Assembly: GCA_010909165.1 (NCBI GenBank)
Contig: VJWM01000220.1
Coordinates: 62,001-126,000, forward strand
Length of the DNA: 64,000 nucleotides
Reading direction: 5' to 3'
Origin: Anthoceros angustus
Taxonomy: Eukaryota; Plantae; Anthocerotophyta
Shown one piece after another: positions 37,838 to 49,237 of this stretch (position 1 is the first letter of the stretch; the number at the start of each line of letters is the position of its first letter). The position numbers and the translations under genes were made by a program. The notes beneath the pieces were generated by a model. That model did not search any database, was not told where the DNA came from, and saw only the letters and a list, made by a program, of their open reading frames with translations.

Positions 37838-40033
37838 TCCTTTGCAGCGATGCAGAGCCCAAAAGTATCACGCATTCTCTTTAAAAAATGTGACGCTGCG
37901 ATGGTTACATATTACAATCGCTATATATTATAGTCCGCTACTTATTGCGATCGCTTCACACGATTAAAAGCTTATATAGGTATATACATACATTAATTAA
38001 GTATACTGGTGGTTGACAGAGAACCAGACAGACATGAAATTACCAAGAACCTGGAATCTGACATGCCTAGTAGCCGCAAGGATTCAAAGGACTTTTAAAT
38101 AAAATAATAAGAATTAATTTTGAGGTTTTTATTAATGGTCGGATGAGTTTAGAGAGTGATTTTTATATGTTGTATGATGAGTTTAGAGAATAATCTAGAC
38201 CATAAGGCATCATGCTTTAATTAATGGTCCGATGAGTTTAGAGAATGATCTAGATCATAAGGCATCCTCTTTGATCCAATGTCTCATGACTTTAGAGAGT
38301 GATCTAGATGATGAGGCCTCCTCTCTCATCTGTTGTCCCCGGTGTTTTAGATCATGAGAAGTCCTGTTAAGTGGAGAATAATTTAATGGAAGGGGCATGC
38401 GTCTTAGGGTATGGGCTTAGTCTCAGTAGCATGCAAAGACTTGTTAGAACAGGCTATGGTGTTTGATCTTAGAAGCTAGAGGAATCTGGAAGGCTCAACT
38501 TGGGTCCGTGGGCCAGTAAACCCAAAGCCCATATTCGGTGAGGCAATTGGTAATAGAAGCGGTTGAGAGAGAGGCGTGAGAATCGACCTCCGAATCACCG
38601 TATCCGGACAAGTCTCTCGGGATCGAACCCACGTATTCCACGACCGTGGGATAAGTGTGGCCACTGGGGCTAGCTCTGGGTGACCGGAGCGAACCCACCA
38701 CAGTTTTGAACAAGCAAGTTTCCTTCGGAGGACAAGCAGCTAGGCATCACTGTCTTTCCTTGTCACAAATAGCGCCGTAGCTTGTATCGGTGATTTTAGT
38801 GGTGTTTGTTTGCCTGCATGAGTGCAGATGTGAGAGGTTGAGTGGCACATCAACAGTCTTACAAGAAGAAGAAAGGCCTAACCCCTGTTTAGTTTTGTAG
38901 GTCTGGCCTGAACCAGCTAGTTTTGAGCGAGAGCCCTGGAGGAGGTTAGAACCCATACCCACATCCCACAGGCACTCTTCATGACCTCTTTTGATATCAT
39001 GTTGTACTTAATCATTTCTAACATCTTGGGGCACCGTCCTCACTCATGTGTGGCCTCGGAGTGAGATTACTTATTTTATAAAGGTGGCCTTGAGGCGAGA
39101 TTACTTGTTTTATAAAGATAAAACAAATCATCAGTAACTACCTCATTTCCGCACTGTGGGGTATTGACCCGAGTAGATAGAGGTAGGTAGAGAAAGGTTC
39201 CTACCTAGTTTGAAAGATTACTAGATATATTATTTTTATATTAAATATTTGATTTATTCTCACTTCACCTCCCTTCGTTCTCTCACGACGCTTGAGGGTC
39301 ACACACTCAGACCCTCTATATCTATGTACCTCTATATACCTACCGAGGTCAGCCGTTGGTGACCATCATCTACAGTTGGAGGTCTCATTGCTTTGTTAGA
39401 CTTCAAAGCTTGGAGTCCAAAAGAAGAAGAAATGTATTATAGTTAATCCACTAATTATACAAGGACAAATGACCGGATATCATGGGACTAAAATGAAACA
39501 ATTTACGTATGTTGGAACAAAAATGTAGAACTAGTTACCAACCACTCATAATATATAATTTTAATAGATTCAATTTTGAAAGATAAAATCTTCATATCAA
39601 TTTATAATATTCCAAGTCACCGTCCCCGACTTCATGTTATAGGTTAATGGGTTAATGATTATCGAGAACTTATCAAAGCCTCATACTATATATGGAGGGT
39701 TCCGCACATCAATTAATGCATCCTTGTTTTGTCTTCCCTCGTATTTTTTTATCCAATTAAGGAAAAACTAAATCTCGAATACAAGTATCGTTATACAAAC
39801 ACATTTCACGGAGGATCGGCACACATCAAGGAAGCATTTGGAGAAATTGGAACATAATCATTCAATCTTCCAAGTGCGAGGATACTTGCGTTTGCAATCG
39901 CGTCGTGGTCGAGCGTCATATTAAATTCAGATTCCATCATATTTTAATTCTAATACATTAAATTTGTTAATGTATTGCATGTCGACTTGCGAGCTGCGAG
40001 GATACTCTACATTGACATTGCCGCTTCTGAGGA

Positions 40034-41211
40034 ATGGCGGATGAAGTGGAGGTGAGCTTGGCTGCGAACTTGAAGTTGTTGTGCTTCGACGAATTGCAGG
40101 AGATGTTCGAGGAGCAGTCAAAAGTTACCTGGAATGGGGAGCTGTATAGGCTGATGGTCTTGGGTGGGTCGGACGAGTTGGCCAATGCGAAGCAAGCAAT
40201 GGACAAGCTTCATCTTATCCACACCGAACTCGAAGAGCGTGAGACAAGTCGGTGGTGCCTGGCTGCATCCCTTAAGCTCATGTCCGATCAAGAGTTGCTG
40301 GAAAGCCTTGAGGAGCAAAAAAACAATTTCAAGCTCGAAGAGCAAAAAGAAACTATTTGGGGCATGGGGATCTCCGCTTTCCAAAAGAAAGCCAAAGAGA
40401 AAGCTAAATTAAGGAAAATGGAAGCTAAGGATAGAATTGTGTAATCCATAGCGCAGAGGCGTGAGCAGATAGAGCTTGAAAGATTATTCAACCTCCAGTT
40501 CAGCGCTCTCCCTTCCTTTTGCAAAATGGACTAGCACTCGAATGAGTGAGACAATGTCATAAACTTGTGCTTGCGTTATGCACTGGTAAATCTAGAAGAC
40601 CCAACATGCAGGGGCCACAAAATTGGTGAATCCAAAAGGCCCAGCAGGGGCGGAGCCTACGGAAGAGGAGAAGAAGAGCAAAGGTGTGAAGAGGAGGAGA
40701 GAGAAGATACCCGCGCTGGTGCAGGCGATAGAGGTAAGGAAATCGAGAGAGCTGGCAAGAGATTTGGCTTTCCTTGCTAGGATCTGGGGAAGGGTGGAGA
40801 GAGAGGGGCCCTCTAGATGCCCTTCGGAGAGTTTTACAGTAAAAACATTATGTTTTATTGAGGATATCATTTCCGAGCGGCAAAGTTTGAAGGAGGAGAG
40901 GGAAGCAAGGGATATGGCCGTCACTACCACACTCCAGACGCTAGAGGAGGAAAACGCTAACGAGAGAGACCTTAGACTCACTTGAGTCTGACAGGGAGAC
41001 ACTACTTGAGGACCTCAAGGCAATGCTCAGGAGAGTTAGAACCATATATAACTGCAATAACTGCTTTGAGCAAGCCAGGAATACCGTCATCTTACCTTGC
41101 AATCATCTCCTACTTTGCAACAAGTGCACGCAGCAACATAGAGACCGCAGCAGTACGTGCCCCACTTGTGGACTTCCCATCAACGGGACAATGGACTTGT
41201 ATGTGCCATAA
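40034..41211 (+). pseudogene. Paralogue P4 (U2 copy)
   Basis: MADEVEVSLAANLKLLCFDELQEMFEEQ..LAASLKLMSDQELLESLEEQK, then internal stops. RING CNNCFEQARNTVILPCNHLLLCNKC..CPTCGLPING. Confidence 0.8.
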
Positions 41212-41664
41212 TATATAGTGCTCATGCTATTGTCCCAATATTTTTGAGATTGGGAGCCACTGTGTGTTGAAACCCTCATGCAATATCACCCGAGATTACT
41301 CTTGTATAAAGTAGTAAATGATTGGAACATCATAGAACAAAGTAGAGCGAGTAGGAAGGGAATAGTATGTAGACTATTAAATAGCCTATAGGAAGGGAAT
41401 AGTATGTAGACTATTATATAGCCTTTTACTTCATGTGTAATTTTTCACAACCTTTTAGGTCCTTAAATAGTCCACTCACATCTTATACTGACATAAGTTG
41501 GAAAGTCATCAAATAAGTCTCCAACCTTATGTATCTCCTATATGTCCTTTATGTGCATCTCTTTTATGTCTTATAGTACTGCTGCTTTATATATCGCTAT
41601 TATATATGACTTGTAGTATTGCCACCATTATATATTGCTATCAAATCTATTATGTGCTCAATTA

Positions 41665-44293
41665 AGGAGGAAAAGAACTCAATCGAAACTTGATCCCCGG
41701 GTCAAAAATAGATCCGCCTAAGCGAAACCCGTTGAGCGGTGTAAGCGCTCCTAAATGGAAGGAACCCACCTTCCCTAGCAATAGAGAACATGACGTCCCG
41801 GACGACATCATGCGTAGCGATACGCCGCCCACTTGCGGGACAGCGAGCCAAGTGTGTCCCAAAGTCATTGAGAGGGGCCCTGCAGCAGCAAGTTGAAAGA
41901 GAGCAAGCTAGAGGATGGACCAAGCCTGAGCGAAAATGCATCGCGATGGAAAAAGTTGCTGGTGCGATATGGAACGCCTGAATACTGGGTCGAGCCAGAA
42001 GGCAGGAACCTGCCCCCTTCCCCGAGCAAGAGTGGAGACGAGCCCGAGTGAGCCTAGGAATGGCGGAATCTCGGAGGAGGGCCAAGCTACCTGTCTTGTT
42101 TCTCCGGGAGGGGCCTGAAGCCCCGGTGCCCAACCTCGGGAAGCGAGGAAAAAGGCATGGCAACCCTTGTCTCGGAGGATAAAGAGTCACAGCTAATCTT
42201 AGCAAGGCCTACATGGGAAAAGTCCCCTGCTCAACGTCCGACAAAAGCCTCCAGGATATGTGAATACAAAATTAAGAAAGCGGGAGGACAAGATGGGGGT
42301 AGAGAGCCCAGCTCCTAAGAAAGCCTCTAGCCCCGAGGCCTCGTGGCCAACAAACCAATGCCTCCAAAAGCAACGGAAGGAACGCCGCCAGAAGATCCCG
42401 GCCGCACACTCGAAGGTGCCCGGGCCGATGATGTCGCCTAAAACTGCATAAGCCACTTGTGGACTTCCCATCAACGGGACAATGGACTTGTATGTGCCAT
42501 AATATATAGTGCTCATGCTATTGTCCCAATATTTTTGAGATTGGGAGCCACTGTGTTGAAACCCTCATGCAATATCACCCGAGATTACTCTTGTATAAAG
42601 TAGTAAATGATTGGAACATCATAGAACAAAGTAGAGCGAGTAGGAAGGGAATAGTATGTAGACTATTAAATAGCCTATAGGAAGGGAATAGTATGTAGAC
42701 TATTATATAGCCTTTTACTTCATGTGTAATTTTTCACAACCTTTTAGGTCCTTAAATAGTCCACTCACATCTTATCTTGACATAAGTTGGAAAGTCATCA
42801 AATAAGTCTCCAACCTTATGTATCTCCTATATGTCCTTTATGTGCATCTCTTATATGTCTTATAGTACTGCCGCTTTATATATCGCTATTATATATGACT
42901 TGTAGTATTGCCACCATTATATATTGCTATCAAATCTATTATGTGCTCAATAGGAGGAAAAGAACTCAATCGAAACTTGATCCCCCGGGTCAAAAAATAG
43001 ATCTGCCCTAAGCGAAACCCCGTTGAGCAGGGTGTAAGGGCGCTCTCTAAATGGAAGGAACCCACCTTCCCTAGCAATAGAGAATATGACGTCCCGGACG
43101 GCATCATGCGTAGCGATACGCCGCCCACTTGCGGGACAGCGAGCCAAGTGTGTCCCAAAGTCATTGAGAGGGGCCCTGCAGCAAGTTGAAAGAGAGCAAG
43201 CTAGAGGATGGACCAAGCCTGAGCGAAAATGCATCGCGATGGAAAAAGTTCTTTGGTGATATGGAACGCTGAATCTTGGGTCGAGCAGGCGGGAACCCCT
43301 TCCCGAGCAAGAGTGGAGACGAGTGAGCCTAGGAATGGCGGAATCTCGAGGAGGGCCAAGCTACCTGTCTTGTTTCTCCGTGAGGGACGCTGAAGCCCCG
43401 GTGCCCAACCTCGGGAAGCGAGGAAAAAGACGCATGGCAACCCTTGTCTCGGAGGATAAAGAGTCCTGCTAATCTTAGCAAGGCCTACATGGGAAAAGTC
43501 CCCTGTTCAACGTCCGCGACAAAAGCCTCCAGGATATGTGAATACAAAATTAAGAAACGGGAGGACAAGATGGGGGTAGAGAGCCCAGCTCCCTAAGAAA
43601 GCCTCTAGCCCAGAGGCCTCCGTGGCCAGCAAACCAATGCCTCCAAAAGCAACGGGAAGGAACGCCTGCCGCTTCGCAAGATCCCCGGCCGCACACTCGA
43701 AGGTGCCTGGGCCGATGATGTCGCCTAAAACCTGCATAAGCCACTTGTCGAAATTCCTTAGGCTAGATAAGAAAACCGGGGAGGGGGCAACCGTTCGGAG
43801 AAGGTACCCTGGCCGGCGCGCAAAACAAAAGGAGAGGATCCCAAATGCCACTTGCGGGTCTCCTAGTTGAGAAAGGTCGTCAATGTGCGCCAAATCCTCA
43901 GCCAAAGCCGCGTCCACATAATCCCGGGTGAAGGCAGGAGGCCCAATCGGGACACCAAGAACCCGGCCCGGAGAAGCAATATCCCCTCGGATACCAAGAA
44001 AGGGCTGGCAGGAGACCAAACCTTACACTTAATGATTTTAACCTTCAAATCGAGGCGGATAGCTCTAAAAGCGAAAAATCAAATGCCACCTTAAACTTGT
44101 CTTTAGCCCCGAGGATATGGATATCATCGCCAGACGGATACAAACATTCTCACCAAGAGGCGTTGAAGACAAAGCCAAATGCACCATGGCAAAAGAGCAC
44201 TAGGGGCCACCTTACCTAGTGCCCGTCATGGAGCTCAGAGAAACCCCTTCCACCGAGGGCCATCTGATAATAGAGGTTGGAAGGAGACCCATA
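41665..44293 (-). mobile_element. CRE-like non-LTR fragment (U2 copy, partly duplicated by a 1.29-kb tandem duplication)
   Basis: ORFs 43507-44019 and 42947-43234. TSD tgctcaatta at 41655-41664 and 44294-44303. Confidence 0.8.
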
Positions 44294-45094
44294 TGCTCAA
44301 TTAGAGATGAAGTTTTGGTAGAAGTGCACGCCATAGCTTTTATGTCTAGAAGTTTGAGCCAGTTCAAAAATTGTAATGGGGGCCTTTTTCAAAGATAGGA
44401 GTTGCCTTTGTACCTCTTATTGTTTTCCTTGTACATGGTGTAATGATAATGGCTGGTTAACAGGTGGGCCTAGAAGCCTCTAATTGTTTTCCTTGTACAT
44501 GGTGTGATGGTGACGGCAGGTTAACAGGCTAGGTGGGCCTAGAAGCCTCTTGCCTCCAGGTTGCCGTGTAGAGTTTTTGAGAGTGCCTACTTTGCATTGG
44601 TTTTTAGTCATATCATGCAATAGAGTCTGGTCATTTACATCTCCTATGTTGACCCCCTTGTTACATATAAAATAACCAACCCGTACCTGCCTATTTCTAC
44701 TCCCACCAAGGAACGTTGTGCTATGAACTATTACCATTAACCAGAACCGCTCTTTGTCTAGGCTGGAGACTCTCACAATTCTTAGATAACTGCAGGCAAC
44801 CCAAGTTCCTCTATTACCCTGTTCTAACAAATCTTTGCGTAGTTCTTTGATAACTGTAGGCAACCCAAGTTCCTCCATTGCCCTGTTCTAACTAATCTTT
44901 GCGTGCATACGTATGCCCCTCCCATTAAACTATTCCCCATTTAACAGGACTCCTCATGATCTAAAACACTTTTTAACACATCTGACATGCCTAGTAGCCG
45001 CAAGGATTCAAAGGACTTTTAAATAAAATAATAAGAATTACTTTTGAGGTTTTAATTAATGGTCTGATGAGTTTAGAGAGTGATTTTGATATAT

Positions 45095-45374
45095 GTCCAA
45101 GAGAAGAGTATACGTTATTAATAGGTGAGATGGGGAATCCCATCTACCCCTGAAGACCGAGGAGGAACAACCCAAAAAGGGCTAATAGTAAAAGGGGAAG
45201 TCCTAGTCCCCTCGAATGCCTTTCCCATAACTACCCTCACCATGGATATCGTGATCGGGGATGATGGAGGCCTACCTATCACGGTGCCGAAGAAGCCGCT
45301 AGTCCTGCGCATGTAGCCATCCTATAACAGTTAGCCGCTTCTGAGCTATGGAAACCAGCGAAAGCCACCAGACC
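45095..45374 (-). mobile_element. 5'-truncated CRE-like 3'-end fragment (U2 copy)
   Basis: TSD attttgatatat at 45083-45094 and 45375-45386. Confidence 0.75.
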
Positions 45375-45694
45375 ATTTTGATATATTGTATGATGAGTTT
45401 AGAGAATGATCTAGATCATAAGGCATCGTGCTTTAATTAATGGTCTAATGAGTTTAGAGTGATGTTTGACATGTTGTATAATGAGTTTAAAGTTCGGGTT
45501 CCTTGTAATTGCATGTCGGTTTTCGGTATATATAATTAATGTATATATATACCTATATAAGCTTTTAATCCTGTGAAGCGATGGCAATAGGTAGCTGACT
45601 GTAATATATAGCGATTGTAATATGTAACCGTGGCAGCGTGACATTTTTTTAAGAGAATGCGTGACATTTTTGGGATCTGCATCGCTGTGGAGGA

Positions 45695-47460
45695 ATGGCG
45701 GGTGAAGGGGAGGCGAATCTGCCTGCGAACTTGAAGCTGCTGTCCGACGAGGAGTTGGAGGAGAACACTCTGTGGGTATGGAAACATAAGTACGTGTGAT
45801 TAAGGGCACAGGTGACAGTGAAGGAGCATCGAGTATGAGGAGGGAGGTCGAGGAGGCGGGAAAAATTTTGTGTCATGGGAGAGGAGGTGGCGAACAAGGG
45901 CAATTTAACGGTCTTGGCTACACAAGAGAGGGAGAGGTGGGAGCCATATTGAAGACGGAGCGAGGCCACGAACAAGCTTCAACTCATTTACAAGGAGCGC
46001 TCGAGGCGTAAGCGGAGGGATTTCGCTGCCCACAGGCTGTCCAGCAGCGGCTGGTGGAGGCTCGAGGCGAAACAACTTCTCTTGGCCTTGGAGCGGCAAA
46101 AGGCGGAAGTCTTTTGGCCCAAGAAGCCGCTAGTCCTGCGCATGTAGCCATCCTATAACAGTTAGCCGCTTTCTGTGAGCTATGGAAACCCGGCGAAAGC
46201 CACCAGAGCCATTTTGATATATTGTATGATGAGTTTAGAGAATGATCTAGATCATAAGGCATCGTGCTTTAATTAATGGTCTAATGAGTTTAGAGTGATG
46301 TTTGACATGTTGTATAATGAGTTTAAAGTTCGGGTTCCTTGTAATTGCATGTCGGTTTTCTCGGTATATATAATTAATGTATATATATACCTATATAAGC
46401 TTTTAATCCTGTGAAGCGATGGCAATAGGTAGTAATATATAGCGATTGTAATATATAGCGATTGTAATATGTAACCGTGGCGTGACATTTTTAAGAGAAT
46501 GCGTGACATTTTGGGATCTGCATCGCGGAGGAATGGCGGGTGAAGGAGGCGAATCACTGCGAACTTGAAGCTGTCCGACGAGGAGTTGGAGGAGAACACT
46601 GTGGGTATGGAAACATAAGTACTGCGATTAAGGGCACAGGTGAAGGAGCATCGGGAGTATGAGGAGGGAGGTCGAGGAGCAGAAAAATTTTGTGTCGGAG
46701 AGGAGGTCGAACAAGGGCAATTTAACGGTCTTGGCTACACAAGAGAGGGAGAGGGTGGGAGCCATATTGAAGACGGAGCAGGCCACGAACAAGCTTCAAC
46801 TCATTTACAAGGAGCGCTCAGAGCGTAAACGCAGGCGGAGGGATTTCGCTGCCCACCTGAAGCTGCTGTCCAACGAGCAGCTGGTGGAGAGGCTCAAGGA
46901 GCAGAAACAACTTCTCTTGGCCTTGGAGACGGCAAAAGACTGGAAGTCTTTTGCGCCCAAGAGCCAGGCTGAGGCCAAGCTTCAAGCGATCCGCAAGGAG
47001 CGTAGGGAGCGTGAGCTCAACCGCGAGCCGAGTCGACCTTCCAAAAGAAAGTGGCATGAGATGGCGGATGTTCTCAGGTTTGCAAATTTATAGCTCTCTT
47101 CATACTGCTGTCAAAGGAGAGTCGACGCCATTAAGGTTTGCTGTCCTTGAGCTTGTGCGTGCAGGGAGCATGTCTCTCTTGCAGAGGCGTCGCAATGCTT
47201 CTTGCATGCGGCGAGGGAGAAATTGGAAGCCTGGCAAGAGAGCAGCGGGGCAAAAGGGATGACGTTTGCAGAGATGGATGGACTCAACTCTTGCTTTTTG
47301 GCCATGGCGGAGCTGTTGGAGAAGCAGAAGGAAATCGAGAGGAAGAAAGATGACACGCTGTTGGAGGAACGGGAGGTAGGTGTCGGTGCCAAAGTGGGGA
47401 GCTTGGAGGAGGACAACGCCAAGCTGCCAGAGAATGCAGCTTCTGAACGGACGGCTTAGC
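45695..47460 (+). pseudogene. Paralogue P5 (U2), 5' part duplicated (starts at 45695 and 46533)
   Basis: ORF 46659-47093 has DFAAHLKLLSNEQLVERLKEQK..AKLQAIRKERRERE. No RING. Confidence 0.75.
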
Positions 47461-48622
47461 CTTAGCGGGAATCGAATGACACAGGGGCGGCGGGAGAAAA
47501 TCAAACTCCGACATCTGCGAAAATGGGACGACACCGATGAGGAAGAGCTAAGCAACAAGGAGAGAAGATTTTTAACGTTGTAGGCTGCTTCCCTCTCCAT
47601 TAGTCTAGGTACAGGTTTTGTATCGGAAAGGAGGTTGATCAAGGTAGCAGTTTCTTGACATTGGACCTGTTGTATGATTAATTCTTTGCATACATGTCTC
47701 CGGGCTTTGAATAGCTGTAGGACCTTGCCTTGAATGTGGCGAGGCGGAGGCGACAGTGCCACTTTGTCACACATCTAGCTAATGTCGGTTATGTGAAATT
47801 GAGACATTTGTAGGTAGTACCGTGTAGGCTACACCGAGTTCGGAGTTACATCGGTGGTTGCCAGCATGGGTTATCTAACGATCCTCTCTACATCATTTGC
47901 TTCCCAGTGACAAAGCACGATGATTGCAAAGGCCTTCAGAACTCAAGCAAGAGGCCACAATCAGGCGCTTCAGCTCCATTCGCCACTTGACAAAGCCCTT
48001 CCTGAGTGTACCCTGCAATAGGAGACCTCCATGTCACCACATCCTTCATGCACGACCCAGTGTGAAAACGCCGCGTGCATCTTCCATTTCGCCGAATTTG
48101 GCATACATGTTCACGAGGCAGTTACGAACCACTATTTTCCCTTTCACTCTTTCCACAAGATGTGAGTGCAGCGGCCCGCCCACCTACAGCGCTAGAGTGC
48201 ATGCACAGACCTTCAGACGGTGTAGAAATAAGTAATTATTTATTATCATCCCAAACTAATCATCATTCAAGGTTAGGGTTAGTGAAGCGTTATTGTGAAA
48301 CTCCCAACCGTCACGACTCTCCAGCACCACCTTTCTTGTACCACAAACGGTTTTTGCTCAATTCACTTCTAATACATACGCCATCTCTGGTCGATGCTTG
48401 TACTTGCCATAATTGTTTATGGTATCAGAGCGATTCAATCAATTTCATGGCAATCTAGCTTCCTATTTCAGCAGGCCTACTCAACATGAAGAGGCGCCAC
48501 CAATTCTGGCTCATGGAACGTCTTCCAACTGCTGAACGTAGCAAGAAAGACGAGAGATCAGAAAAATGTCAGATTTCTTGCATCTTTCGATGCCTGCTTT
48601 AATGGACTAATCTGCAGAGGAA

Positions 48623-49171
48623 ATGACAAAGAACCATCAGTTCTGTAGGTGTCACTTACCCCAGACATCTACACGAACCTTTTGTTGCTGTAGAAATACC
48701 TGCAACACTAGAATTTGTCATTATCCTCCAGCAGTTGTTCATCAAAGCCACCTACATTGGAATAGAAGAGACACTTTCAGATCTCATAATCTCCTCATAC
48801 CTGTACAAAACAAACTCCAGGCATTAGCAAAAGAAGCTTACGCATACCAACGTGAGACAAAATTCGATAATTTCATGCTACACAAGCAAATAGGGAAGTT
48901 AGAACACAAGATTAAGCAGCTAGAAAGCCAATTCCGTCAATTTCAAATTTCAGTAGTTACAGGATCCAACGTAGACACACCTATTTACTCTGCACGAGAT
49001 CCCGTAGTGTCTTACATGCCAATTACATCCAAATTGGCTTATACACCTCCTGCTGAACCTGTAGATCTTGCCTCTTACCAACATCTACCAGAGCCTGTAG
49101 AGATGACTCTTATAGGTCTAGCTTCTATGTTAGACTCAGATTCAACTACCAAGGATAGCTACATCCTGTAG
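48623..49171 (+). CDS. Extra 5' ORF of Copia C (182 aa; Cys/His-rich N-part, coiled coil)
   Basis: ATG-initiated, sense to gag, ends 66 nt before the gag ATG. Heptads LHKQIGKLEHKIKQLESQF. Confidence 0.55.
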   Translation: MTKNHQFCRCHLPQTSTRTFCCCRNTCNTRICHYPPAVVHQSHLHWNRRDTFRSHNLLIPVQNKLQALAKEAYAYQRETKFDNFMLHKQIGKLEHKIKQLESQFRQFQISVVTGSNVDTPIYSARDPVVSYMPITSKLAYTPPAEPVDLASYQHLPEPVEMTLIGLASMLDSDSTTKDSYIL

Positions 49172-49237
49172 TCTTGCTGTCTTTAAAAGGATAGCTACCA
49201 GTAACCCTAGTTTTTCATTAACATCAGTACCCAAACC

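Noticed and set aside
48271-48282. Telomere-like GGTTAGGGTTAG in the LTR of element C
   Set aside because: Only about two units, too short to support.
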